Shown in pieces: positions 1 through 12,934 of a stretch of DNA of 64,000 bases. Location of the stretch: contig JAHLTZ010000010.1 of the NCBI GenBank assembly GCA_025786725.1, positions 620,001 to 684,000 of the forward strand, written 5' to 3'. Both the position numbers and the translations under genes were made by a program. A model generated the notes under the pieces. It saw only the letters and a program-made list of their open reading frames with translations, did not search any database and was not told the DNA's origin. Source of the DNA: Syncephalis fuscata S228. Lineage: Eukaryota > Fungi > Zoopagomycota. How positions within the stretch are numbered: the first letter of the stretch is position 1; each line of letters opens with the position of its first letter.

Positions 1-240
1 TACACACACACACACACATTTACACATTGGTTCATTATTATGTTACCAATCAATATTAAAGTTGAATCTAGATTGAATCGACTCGATTTGGTATGATCCA
101 CGCGTACTAAGAGATGGTCGTGTAATAAACGCTTTTTCCTTCTTTTGCAGTAGCAGCAGTAGTAATAGCAGCAGTAGTAATAGCAGCAGCAGTAGTAACC
201 ATCACTGTAAAAGGCCATACAATGCTTATAGTGATACACT

Positions 241-3200
241 ATGAATCCTGCCAATGAACCAAATCTAGTTGAGCCAACTTCACGGCTACTTGACCTTGAT
301 CCAATTGATGAGGTCGATTCGGAGGAATTGGTAAGTTAAAAGGACGACATAAACAAGAGAAAGCGAGAGAGAGACGAGACGAGACTGTCTGAGAACCTTT
401 TACTATGCGTATTCGTTAATATAATACTATACTAACTTGTTACTATTATTATAATATATGATATATGATATAGAAAATGGCGGCGGCTTTTGACGTTCTT
501 GCTACACAATTACAAGGAAAGCCAGAAGCTGAAGTGCAACATATGTTACATAAAGCGGTAAGTTGATTAATAATTCTATTCTATAGCAATAATAATAATA
601 TAATGTACTATCATATTATATCATATAATCTATTAAATGGCCATAATAGTCATCGGAAAGTTTAGAAAACCATGCTGAAATGGTGGGCGGTTTAATTTAT
701 GGCATGATTACAGATGGTAAAAATGCTGAACAGGTAATTAAATGAATACACTATTTAAGACATTTAATAACTATTGTATTTAGTGGTTACATTATATGAA
801 TTTTGTAGTGCGTGATGGTTATGCTCACGCGGTAGGTGTAATGCGTTATTTGGTAGGATTGGCCCGATTCAATCGTATTACTAATGACTGTCAACGACAA
901 GTAAGTGTCATTGTATTACTGGTAGGTTAAACTACTAATATAGAATTGATATATGATTATAGCTGTTATGGCTATTAAACCATATGGTTGAACTAAGTGT
1001 GCCCAGTATGGAAACAGTTCTTCTTGTATTGTTACGACAGTTACGCGGTAATTAACACATACTTTTATAATAACATTTATTCATTTAATCTAATACGTAT
1101 ATATTATATTTATTATAGGTGGCGATGTTACACCTCAGAATATTTGGCTTATTGGCAATACGCTTGAATTGTTGATGCGGCATCGTGATTGGCTATTTAC
1201 ACATCCACGTCTTGTATCCACATCACTTTATGTTTATCTACGATTGATGTTAGATCATGCAAAGTTTTCATCTATGCTTGAAAGAGAAGTGGCATTCTGT
1301 TCTTGTTTATTACGTGAGAAGGTAGGTGGATTATTATTGTTATAATTATTGTTAATAATATGGGTCTATGTATATGAATATCTATACAGTTTCTAGAATG
1401 TAGTGATATTGGTAGAGATCTCGTACGGGCTCTACAAGATGTGGCACGTATTCCAGAATTTGAACAAATATGGCGTGATTTATTAGTAGAACCACGTAAA
1501 TTAAGTCCTCATTGTAAAGGTAAGTATTAATACAATGATAGTATTAGTCGTTACTTATTTATATTAATAGGATTGACTGAATTATTACGTAAACCTACAC
1601 CGAGACATTATCTACAAAGCGATTGACACTTGAAATGGAACAACGTATTTTGTTTATTCTTGAACGTGTACGTGTTATTAATAGACAATATTTATATTAT
1701 ATTGACGTATTTTATATAGTTATCTTGGGAAAGACATCGTAGAAATTTATCTTGGTTTGTTGAGCGGTATTTAACATCACCCGAATCAGATGCTATTGTA
1801 TCGGATGTTATTCGATATATTATTGGTGTATATCATCCATCCAATGATGTATTGGCATCCAATATTGTACCACGTTATGTAGTTATTGGAGGTTTATTAC
1901 GTTATATTAAGGTAAGTAAATGAGTATATTAGATAACTATTTGTTAATAATATGTATAGTCTAATGTTACAGCGGCTATGGCAAAATTGGCTATATTTTA
2001 TGATTTCTTGTTCTATGAACCATCTACTGATAGATTATGAATATAGGTAAGTAGTTGATTGAATTATATATTATATTATATTATATTATATTATATTGTA
2101 TTGTATTGTATTGTATTGTATTTAATATCTCATATCAATTTATAATAGAACCGGCCATTCTATTAATGTATAAATCATTGGATAAATATGCACACATGAC
2201 AGGTACTTTAATCGAGTTCTTACTCTATTGTATCGATGAGTACTATCCACCTTTACAACAAGTAATTCGCAAGCATGTACATTCAGCTTTAAACGATATT
2301 CTACAAAAAAATGTTATTAAGTAAGTATTATTGAATACAAGGATTACATCTAACAATATAATGTATACGTATATATGTGTATATATATATGTATATTAGC
2401 TCTCTTGTACCTATTGTTGAATGTAGTGGTATTGATAGTCATGTTAGAGATTTGGCACGGACCACATTCCATACATTATTAGCAGCCAATCCACCTACCA
2501 ATTCAATGACCGGTGCAAATCAGCCTACACTTGATCTGTTTTCACAGCCTGTAGAAACATTTCCACAAGGATTGGCCGATGATGGAAGTGGAGAAATACT
2601 ATCTAGAGCAAGCACTATAGGTAAATAACTATATAACTATATAACTATATATTGATCATTGTAATTAGGTGTAGACGAACAGGATGAATCTATTACTGGA
2701 AAGACAGTGCATCCCAATGATATGGAAATATTGATGAGTGATGAAGGTGAAGTTAATGCAACATTATCAGGCGAAGAAGATGAAGGCGAAGAAGAAGATG
2801 AAGGAGGTGAAGCAATGATTGGAGATGAAGCAGAGAATGAATTGGGTAGATTTGATAATGAAGAAGCATTAATGGAAGATGAAGATGATGAAGAAGGTGC
2901 TATAGATGGTGAATCATTATGGCTATTAGGTGGCAGTGTTAGTGAATATCGATTAGCATACACCAATAGAGATACTCCTAAAGCATGTCAAGCATTAAAG
3001 GATATGTTAGTGGTATTTTCAAGTATGGTAAGTAAATATAACATAATATATAACATAATATATAACATATATGATATAGGCAGTACCAATGGATGAATTT
3101 ATTCCAGTTATTCGTCGATCAATTGTTAATATAGCTATGGAGACTTCAGATATTCCATACAGTTATTTAAGTGAAGTCTCTGAAACAGATATTGATATTG

Positions 3201-5335
3201 TGGAAACATTATTGAATTCATGTTGGGAGAATTATATGAACAATCAAGAAAAAGTGGCAAATGTATTACATCAATTATTACGTATTTCATCAGCATTAAG
3301 TGCCCGATGGTTATTATATTTAACAAAGTAAGATAATAGATTGTTTAGTTGTTTATGTTATTTATACTGTGATTAATAGACAGTATACAAGAAAAGAGAC
3401 TGTTGGTGATCATTTACAACATTTTAATCCATATTTAACAGCATTAAAGGCTATACAAATAACAGATATCAAGAATAGATTAGTAACAGATATTCAAGTA
3501 AGTATATACATATATATTAAATATTAACTAACTAACTAATTAATTAATTAACTAATTAACTAACAATTAATTAATCTAGTTAATACATGAAAAATATCCT
3601 GAAATATGCTTTAGTTGTTTATCTATGCTATTTCAATATCTACCTGATATGACTATGGGCAATGAACCATTAGTACATATACTTGTATCAGTTATTGAAC
3701 CAAACGATGTAAGTATTAAACATGTACACACACATATATATATATATGCTAATATTATGTAGTTATTTACAGTAACATGTAATCTTATTACTGGTCAATG
3801 GAGGTTATTTGGCAATGAATGTCAATCTGTATTATGTAAGTGTATTAAATACAAATGTTATTATTATATTAACATATTATTATTAGCGGAAATGTTACTT
3901 TCATGGGATACATTAGAACAAATGAACGCATGGCAATTATTACAAGCTGAATTGACACATTCATCGGAACAAGCGGATAGTTTAGTATTACATTTACTAC
4001 AAATTATTGATTCCAATGGTAATAGATTAATACTGTATATGAACAATGACTAATATTATATTAGTACAACAAGATGCTTTAGCGGGAGTGTTAGCTTTAT
4101 TACGAGGTTTACCGCCTACGTCAGAACTCGTTCAAGTTATTTTATCGACTATTCAATGGTCGAATACGGAAAAAGAACCTATAACTATAGCACAACAATT
4201 TGCACTCACTGCTTTTATACAGTGGCATGCTGTACGAGATGTAGAGTTAAAAGAATCATTGAAACAATGGCTTGATGATCAAGAGACTAAGAACAATGAC
4301 GAAACAAACCAGGATACTGAGATAAGATTAAACAGTATGATATGAACTTACTACATCTAATTATGCAATGGCGACAAATGAAGCCAGATACGATTGGTGA
4401 GTATTTAAATCTAATGAATATATTATACTATTATCTTTACATTATATCTATTTAATTAGATCAATGGTTAATTGGACAAGGACTAGTTAGATCAATTAGA
4501 CAATGGTTAAAGCGACTTGATATACTCGATCATTCATTGGCGCGTATAGCATGGAAGAATGGAGGTAAGTTATATTAAATATAACTATTGGTATATGTAT
4601 ATATATATATTAATGCAGTTACTAGTGCCTACAGCAAAGAAACAGGCTATATCAACTACTAATAATGGAGCATCCATTTTAGGCAATGGAAGTCGTCGTA
4701 GTTCTACCTCATCTGTACACAGTAAATCACGTTCTAAAAAGACCAATAATGATCTATTTGATGCGGAGGAAAGTAGTAATTCATCCGATGAAGATACTCA
4801 AGAAAATAAAGATAGTTCTGATGACATGGAAGAAGAAGAAGAAGAAGAAGAAGAAGAAATAGTAGAATCAGCAGAAGCACAGGCAACTAGAAAGAGAATG
4901 GTTGAATTAAGAAGTGAAAAGCTACGTCGATCAACTAGAACATCGATATCAAGTGGTGATAAGTCAAATACTAGTAAATTAACCGAAAAAAGTGCCAAGA
5001 ATGAAGAAGATGAAGATGAAGCCATGGATGAAGATGATACTACAGAAGATGAAGAGAATGAAGAGAATGAAGAAGATGAGAAAGAAGAAGGCGAGACAGA
5101 TGAAGAAGACGAGAGTACAGAAGACAATGAACAGGCAATAGATGAAGATGAAGATGAAGACGATGAACCAATTAGTGGTAAAAGTAATAGACGTCGTAGA
5201 ACACGTTCAATGGTCAGTTTATCGGATAAATCAACTAAGACAACGACAACGACACGTCAAAGTAAAGCAGAAACACAACGTAAAACTGGAAAGGGTCGTC
5301 CTAAGAAACGACGTATTTTAGAGGATAGCGATTAA
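241..5335 (+). CDS. INTS3: Integrator complex subunit 3 / SOSS-A homologue, multi-exon, with acidic C-terminal tail
   Basis: Spliced exons give DVIRYIIGVYHPSNDVLASNIVPRYVVIGGLL...SNVTAAMAKLAIFYDFLFY...IMNIEPAILLM, matching the conserved INTS3 N-terminal block. About 20+ GT-AG introns; ends ...GRPKKRRILEDSD*. Confidence 0.88.
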
Positions 5336-5422
5336 AGCATAATTGATATCATTCTTATATTGTAATACACTTCACTTTGTCGAGGAATAAACGTTTCTCT
5401 TTAATAATGGCTAGTTAGTTAG

Positions 5423-6086
5423 TTAAAGACCATAAGTACGGGCCATAACAATGGATGCATCCAACATATCTGTAGACATGGCTGGATCTATAAATAACCA
5501 ATGAATTAGCATTATTCTTATATATAGATTAGTAGTAGTATTTTTACATACCTGAAAAGATATCCTCTACATCAATAGTTTCATCTCTGCCTCGTAGAAT
5601 ATCCATACCAAGATTGGATGATGGCAATGTAGGATGGCGACGTGTCTAATATTAAATATTAAATATTAAATACTAATATGATATATATATATATTCTATT
5701 GTAGTATTACCGTAGAGACGATGGATTGTTCCATAAGTTGACGTACAGGTGCATGTACACCGAATATACGGCGTTGAAGTGTCATACGCGCATTCATTTG
5801 CGTTTCATCCCACTATAAGCATTTATGATAGTCAACATATGCACTATATGGATACTATTGGCCTACCTCTTTTAAACGATGCTCTAACGGATGAGCTACA
5901 CCGATAGATGTTGCTATGGAGGCTGGACCATAACGGAGTGTATCATGAACGCCTAGATCGTTACAGGTGGCCGCGGTAGAGATGACGCTAGGTGTACTCG
6001 CTGTACTAGGTACCAATCGTAGATCATCGGCCTATTTACATAATCAATATAAGCGTAAGAATAAATTCTATTCATCTACTTGCCAT
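5423..6086 (-). CDS. UMP1: Proteasome maturation factor Ump1/POMP
   Basis: ATG, then a GC-AG intron (6083-6032), then ADDLRLVP...VHDTLRYG...HPLEHRLKE|WDETQ...RRIFGVHAPVRQLME...SNLGMDILRGRDETIDVEDIF. Typical Ump1 motifs. Confidence 0.9.
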
Positions 6087-6256
6087 ACTGTAACAGTTGA
6101 ATAGTGAGTCAATGTATTCAAGGGATCAATAGACGAGTAATGTACTATTGGCAATTTAGATTTAAAGAATCAAGCTAGATAAAGATGAGATGTGTCAAGT
6201 TGTCGTCGTTGTTGTCTATTCTGTCATAATAGAAAGTAATTAGCGATGACGCAGTT

Positions 6257-6332
6257 TGGATCATTGGATCATTGATTTGGATCATTGGATCATGATTGGA
6301 TCATTGATTTGGATTAATTTGGATCCATTGAT
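6257..6332. repeat. Short imperfect tandem repeat (TTGGATCA/TTGAT units) containing several ATTGG (CCAAT) cores, in the divergent UMP1/PfkB intergenic region
   Basis: ttggatcattggatcattgatttggatcattggatcatgattggatcattgatttgg seen directly. Confidence 0.6.
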
Positions 6333-6827
6333 TTATCAATTGTTTATCGTTTATCAATGTCATTTTCATTGATGGTATCACACAACACGCCTTTACTTCA
6401 TTTCTCACACTGGCTTGTAGTTTATAGTTGGTATATATATATATATATCACAAGTAGTAGATGTCTATTAAATAGCAGTATTAACAGTAATAGCCTATTT
6501 TTAAGGGACTGTGACGCTTATAAGCGACCATTTAATTACTGCCTAACCCAGCAACCATACGATTCATTCAATTTATCAATAATAGTCTAATAATAATAAT
6601 AGTACTTATTGGTGATTGTCAATGATTTCAACATTACAACAATAACATTTCTTTGCACACTTGTCACCACCACTACACTTTGACCAACTATTTGACTGAT
6701 TATTGAGCTTATCGCCTCTTTTCTAAACTTTTCTCTTTTTCTACTGTTTAACAGCACTACTATTGTTACTATTCTTGCAATACTCTAGTAGACTATTGTT
6801 GTTGTTGTTGTTATAGGTCACTGCACC

Positions 6828-8942
6828 ATGACCACTTCCGACAAAATGGACGCTTTTCAAGCTATGCCTAAAGAAGTACTTTGTATTGGTAACTAGCAAA
6901 TAAACACTTTATTTGTTGAGTAGCCAAGTTAACTAGCTATAATACTATCTTACTATAGGACTGAATCCGGCCTTTCAAACGACGCTGCATTTCGAGCATT
7001 TTAACAAAGGCGGCGTTAATCGGTCATTTAAAAAGACACATTCTATCGGTGGTAAAGGTAGGAGGAGGAGGAGGAGGCGGCTAAGATGCAATGATATGCG
7101 AGTCACCCAAACACTCGGTGTAGATATTAATCAAATAGTATATAGGTCAAAATTTCGCTATGGCCTGTGAACAATATGCCCAACATGAACGCGTTACTTT
7201 GTTACAGTTTGTAGGTGGAATGACCGGCAATTTTATTACACAAGTGCTGGACGAGAAGCACATTCATCAAATCAACGGTAAAATAAATCGAGTAGATTGG
7301 CACATGGCCTAGTAATAACATAGAGTAGTTACGACACGTAAAGCCACCCGGACCTGCACAACAGTACTCGATCAATCGGTGAACGATATGACCGAGTTGA
7401 TTGTAAGTGTTCTCAAGTGGAGATGATAGGCTAGAGGACTAATAAAGGGTTGGATTGGCATTACTAGGAGCCCACTGGCTTAATTTGCCGTACGGAGCGT
7501 GAGTCGTTGGAAAACTTGGCGGAGACGTTAATTGGTAATGGAAGGGACCATTTGCGAGCTATTGCCTTATGTGGTATGTTGTCATCGTCACTGTTGTAAA
7601 ATAAAGACATGTAGTAATTATAGTCATGGTACAGGCACTTATCCAACGGGTATTACGGGATCGACCTATGCCCGTATTGCTAAAGCCAAATCACCGCATA
7701 TGACATTGTTGCTTGATGCCTACAAGGATGTAGGATCGGTACTTGCTACAGGTCAGGTGGATATCTTTAAGATTAACAAAGAAGAATTGGCAGTGTTAGT
7801 ACAGGAGATTGACCGAGCAGAGGCCAAGACACATCCATCGTCGTTACGACCAGCTTCTTCGCTATCACTCTCGAGCAGTAATGGTGCACATCCACCAAAT
7901 TTTACTCCGTCTAAGCTTTCGTCGTTGGCTGCATCAGCGGCCAGTCCCACCTTAAGTGATCGGTAAGTTATTGATAGTCACAAATATTAACAAATCCACT
8001 TATAATCGATGGATGGTTAGATATTCGGACATGTCGACACCTGAATTGGCCAAAAAATTGCTACAAACCTATCAAATTGGTCTATTAGGTGTTACAAATG
8101 GACCGGATAGGTAATTGCGCTACTATGCGATGTCGTAGGCTGTATAATGGATTAATGCGTTGATTTTAGTGCTTATTTGTTCAAGTCGGCCGATCATTAT
8201 CACGTATTTGATTTACCATCCTTGTCTGAGGTAATGAAAAGTATGCGGGCCAATCATTGTCTATTGCCAGATTATAGCGATACAGCAAGTCTACCTAGTT
8301 CATTGCCATCACCGGTGGCTTTGGACGAGATGAATGAGGATATGTTACGGCTACGTCTATTTCCTTCTAGCCATTCAGGCCATACAAGTTATATAATGGG
8401 TGGCGGTGGCGTTGTTAGCAATAGCAGCAACCATTTAATGGTCTCTGCAAATGACCATAATAATGGCCATGGCGATACAAGTTCGGCAGCGACTTCATCC
8501 AGCTCATCAGTTACCGGTGGCAATAGTAGTTTTATTGATAATATGCAGAAGCTGTGCCATCGTAAAGAAGAAACTACAGAACTATTGCTGAATCCATTAG
8601 GTGCAGGTGATACGGCTAGCGCAGTATTTCTGATGGACTATATTGATACACGAGTAAGTAATACAGTATGTTATTAGTATTATAATATTAATAGCTTAAT
8701 AGGATCCGGTCGAGTCGTTTAAACGGGGAATTGCCGCAGCATCTGCCTCTTGTTTCGTGACTGAACAAACGGCCCATTTTGATGTTAGCATTATGGAGTG
8801 GATTAGCGATCGTATTCAGGTTCGGGAAGTAAAGATATCCTCTAGTAGTCAATTGAAACAAGCCAGTGACAAGGCAACAACGACTACAACAATACTGGAA
8901 ACCTCTACCATGGCCATGCCTGTACCTGTAGTGAAACCATAG
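6828..8942 (+). CDS. PfkB/ribokinase-family carbohydrate kinase (1-phosphofructokinase/LacC-like), multi-exon, with Ser-rich insertions
   Basis: Spliced: VLCIGLNPAFQTTL...SIGGKGQNFA...TRTCTT...DIFKINKEEL...VTNGP...NPLGAGDTASA. Both PfkB signatures are present. Confidence 0.85.
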
Positions 8943-9112
8943 TTGTTTTTCGTATTATTGTTGTCATATAATATTAATTGGTTAATAAACACGTGTGTGT
9001 TTGTGTGCACTAAGCACATTAGTACAAAATTAACTATTTTACAATCATATTTATTATGATTAAAAAAATTAGACATTATTGTTATTATTAGATATGGCCA
9101 CAAGTGTTGTGC

Positions 9113-9601
9113 TTATTTAGGGCACTCAACAGTGGTGGGCTTGGTGTTTGGCCTATAGGCCAAAGTCTGAGTCCACCATGGACCGTTGGCCGAATCGTTG
9201 CGAGCAAGACCAACATGAGTGTAGTTGCCGTTAAAGATATCCTTAGTACGTGAATCGGCTGACAATATCTTGGCATATGTATCTTCATCCTTGTAGCCAC
9301 GAGCAACTAGTTGGGCCCATGCCCACCACTTGTCCGTACCGGTGGCCTCCTTAATGCGATCAATCAAATCAGTTTCGTCATCAAATTGGTAGGCCAACTC
9401 TTGACGTTGAGCCTGAATGTCGTTATGGACTTGAGCCACACTGTCCAATCCCTTGAAGGTGGTGAGGTATGGCTTGCCATTTTGTTTGCGGTATTTGTTA
9501 ATAGCGCAGAGAAGCTTCTTCGTATCGTAAGCGGCCTCGGCGTTAGGCACGATGGCAGCAATGCTGGCCAAGAGAACAATAGAGATGGTTGCGAAGCGCA
9601 T
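9113..9601 (-). CDS. Secreted CAP/SCP-domain protein (divergent), intronless
   Basis: Signal peptide MRFATISIVLLASIAAIVPNAEA; LLCAINKYRKQNG...GNYTHVGLA...GPWWTQ. Confidence 0.8.
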   Translation of the reverse strand: MRFATISIVLLASIAAIVPNAEAAYDTKKLLCAINKYRKQNGKPYLTTFKGLDSVAQVHNDIQAQRQELAYQFDDETDLIDRIKEATGTDKWWAWAQLVARGYKDEDTYAKILSADSRTKDIFNGNYTHVGLARNDSANGPWWTQTLAYRPNTKPTTVECPK

Positions 9602-11555
9602 GTTGATAAAGTACGTTCAGAATAATGCAAGTAGAAATGCTAAGAAAGCGGCGTCGATCGGTGATCGGAAACAAATGTGTTGCTGTTGCTGTTGTTGTTG
9701 TTAGAAAACGGTAAGGAATACATGTAGAACTGACGAATAATGCGCATCTTTTATAGTTCGTCGACTCCATAGAAGTGTCTATTTGTGTGTGTGTGTGTGT
9801 ATTACTGGTCAACCGGTAGAGCCATGAATGATGTATTCCTGTGCATATGTGTCATCATCATCATCATTATCGCTAACATGTAAAACATGGGCCATGTACG
9901 ACATCCATAATGAATATTCGGCTTGAAGGAATTGCAATCAACGGAAAACGAGCCATAACTGTTGTACTGCATGATTTGAAGCCAGCCTTACTTTTCTTCT
10001 TCTTCTAGCATCCATGAATGAACATCAAAGGCATAGCATTCCGTCACACCCAATAAACGAGTCTTTCCAACGTCGCCCTTTTACATTGCCATGCTTTTTT
10101 CTTCCTTTACTAAGTCAAATGGTTATAATCTGCCATGCATTGCCATTGCACTAACCTGTTTATTGCCATTAACAACAACAACGGCATTGACTATGAATAG
10201 AATGGAATTTTACTTTGGCGGTTTATCCGTAAAACCTAATAAGAAATACTGTTGAATGAATTAAATCCATTAAGCTAAAGGCCATGCTTTCGTGTTTTCT
10301 CGTTTCACCTGTAAAATCCAACGGGTATATTTGTCACACGACGCACACAAAGCCATAAATTAATCCGCTGCCTATTCTTTCTACTGTTTCTGGCGAAAAA
10401 AAATGTGTTAAATAGTTGTACATACTAAGTTGAAAAGGAATAGAAAGGTCTGTGCCACAGAAACGAGTTTTCACCTATGTTATTGGTAGAGCTATTAGCT
10501 GTAGCATTATAGATTTACGCATTGATCAGTAGTAAAACTCACATTTTCATCATAAATGTCTATTTATAGTTTATGATAAAACATGCTTTATCAATAATTA
10601 TTGTTGAATCATCATTCAATATACTGATGGCGACAGAGACGTATCATAAATGCTTGTTTATTTATGTATTAAACGAAGCATAATTATAACTATAACAACT
10701 TGGTTAATATATCTAAATTGGAGTCTATATTTATTACTAAAAGGCTGAATAGCGGAATAGCAACAGTATATTCGGCACTGTTGTGTGTCATTCAAAAATC
10801 TTATTTAATCATTTAGTATGATTTGGTGATTAAATGATTAAATTCAACAACATTAGTTCTATTGAACACGTTGATGAGTGACATTAAAGTTTAAAATACC
10901 TAGCATTATAGATTTATTATCCAGTATGCATATATATATATCCAATAAACACATATCATTTCAACAATACTACATTATTGCTATTTACACCATCTTCATT
11001 TCTAACGTTTCCACTTTTGTATCGATATGCTTTGCTTCAGGTGATGGAAATCTATATAAAAAAGCTAAGGCCATAGAATTCGCAACCAAACAGCGCCGAT
11101 CAATCTAACATCTATTATTTATAAATAACTAGTTTAATATATTTTCCCATTAAATTTGCATATACTTATAGTATTAGTCCTATTAATGCATATAGTTAAT
11201 AAGCAGAACAATTTAAAATCCATAAACAATGAAGCCAGAGTTAAAAAACAGCAGTTATGAATGAGGCGTGGTCATTATATGATAAAACAATATTGAATAT
11301 AATAAGTATATAATAAGAAAAATATGAATAGTGGTTGAATTATAGCATATACAACTCAATGCGTGGAATGAGCAGAGCGTATTAAACATTGTAACAAATA
11401 AAAAGTGTTTATTATATTATAGAATGGTATAGATGGATAGAGGATATATGCGAACTGGATGATAAATCTATGACTATTTATTTGATTCGATATTAATCGA
11501 TACAGCTCCTCGAGCGTGAGTATTTGTCGTTTTGTTTCTTTCTCGCTTTCGCACA

Positions 11556-12888
11556 ATGTCGTCGAACGTAGCATTGACACTCCCATATGCAGCCGACTTT
11601 CACGTTCATCTGCGTCAAGGCGACATGATGCGTCTTGTTACGCCAATGCTACGTGAAGGCGGTGTTAACGTTGCGTATGTTATGGTACGAGTTGCTAGAT
11701 ATTATCAAATTAGCAAAGCAATTGAGGCTAATACGCGCATATATATATATATTAGCCAAATCTTGTGCCGCCCATCACGAATACCGAGCAGGCGATAAAA
11801 TACAAAGCAGAATTAGAAGCGATTGAGCCATGTGTTACTTATCTTATGACGCTATATCTTTCGCCGGAACTTACACCCGAGGAGATTCGCAAGGCAGCCG
11901 CAGCTGGTATTGTTGGCAAGTAACAAACATAATATTAGTAGCATTGCTGCGGAATTAGCATACTAACTGACAGTATATAGGCGTTAAATCGTATCCTCGA
12001 GGCGTGACAACCAACAGTGACGCGGGTATTGAGAGCTACGAAACTTACTACCCGGTCTTTGAGGCAATGGAAGAGTGTAATATGGTACTTAATCTACATG
12101 GTGAAGTTCCAAGCGATGCAGATAAAGCAAGTACTATAAAAGTATGTTATTGCTATTATTCAATACTAACAACAGTACTATTTAGGGCATTTGCGTTCTT
12201 AATGCAGAGGAGAAGTTCCTGCCATGGCTTCGCATTCTACACGAGCGTTTTCCGCGTCTTCGTATCGTGTTGGAGCATGCTACGACACAGGCAGCTGTTG
12301 ATATGGTAAGTTGGCCTGCTTTTACGTATATATTTTTAACATAATGTCCCACACTCACTTAGGTAAAATCTCTCGGTGATACCGTTGGCTGCACCATTAC
12401 TGCTCATCATTTGGCGCTTATTGTTGATGACTGGGCTGGCAAAAACCATCGCTTTTGTAAACCAGTTGCTAAATATCCACATGATCGAGCTGCACTTCGC
12501 CAAGTGGTCGCTGAAGGTAGGTGGACTGTTTAGAATAGCCCATGCTTACTTTGTTGTAGGACATCCTCGTTTCTTCCTTGGATCTGACTCGGCTCCTCAT
12601 TCGCGCGAAACAAAGGAATGCGCCCATGCCTGTGCAGGCGTATTTACATCCTCGGCACTAGTTCCGTATGTCGCTTCGGTATTTGAGGAGATTGGTGCGT
12701 TGGATAAGCTAAAGGGATTTGTTTGCGATTTTGGTCGTCAGTTCTATCGTATTCCACAGCCACAGTCCGACGAGACTATTCAGCTGGTGAAGACTGATGC
12801 GTGTGTATCCGATATTTACACGGCTGGTTCACTAGCTGTTGTGCCATTCCGTGCGGGTGAAGCTATTGGTTGGAAGATACAATCTTGA
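11556..12888 (+). CDS. URA4: Dihydroorotase (homodimeric type II)
   Basis: DFHVHLRQG, YVMPNLVPP, GVKSYPRGVTTNS, VLNLHGE, IVLEH, FCKPVAK, FFLGSDSAPH. Two GC-AG introns (11916, 12127). Confidence 0.95.
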
Positions 12889-12934
12889 TTGCGGCACATT
12901 TGAATAAATTGTTTTTTCATGCTTTATTGATACG

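Noticed and set aside
2055-2125. Hydrophobic 'IILYY/CIVLY' ORF start
   Set aside because: Translation of an intronic (ATATT)n/(GTATT)n microsatellite inside INTS3.
2637-5127. Ser-rich antisense ORFs (2637-2966, 4798-5127) and similar shadows at 42040, 9311 and 62459
   Set aside because: Reverse-strand or alternative-frame shadows of GAA/GAT-rich or otherwise real coding exons.
9700-11500. Long AT-rich gaps (also 28200-30100, 53600-54600, 57000-58800) and their short ORFs as genes or transposons
   Set aside because: No recognisable domains, transposase motifs, LTRs or splice-site periodicity; they look like extended upstream regions of secreted or accessory genes.
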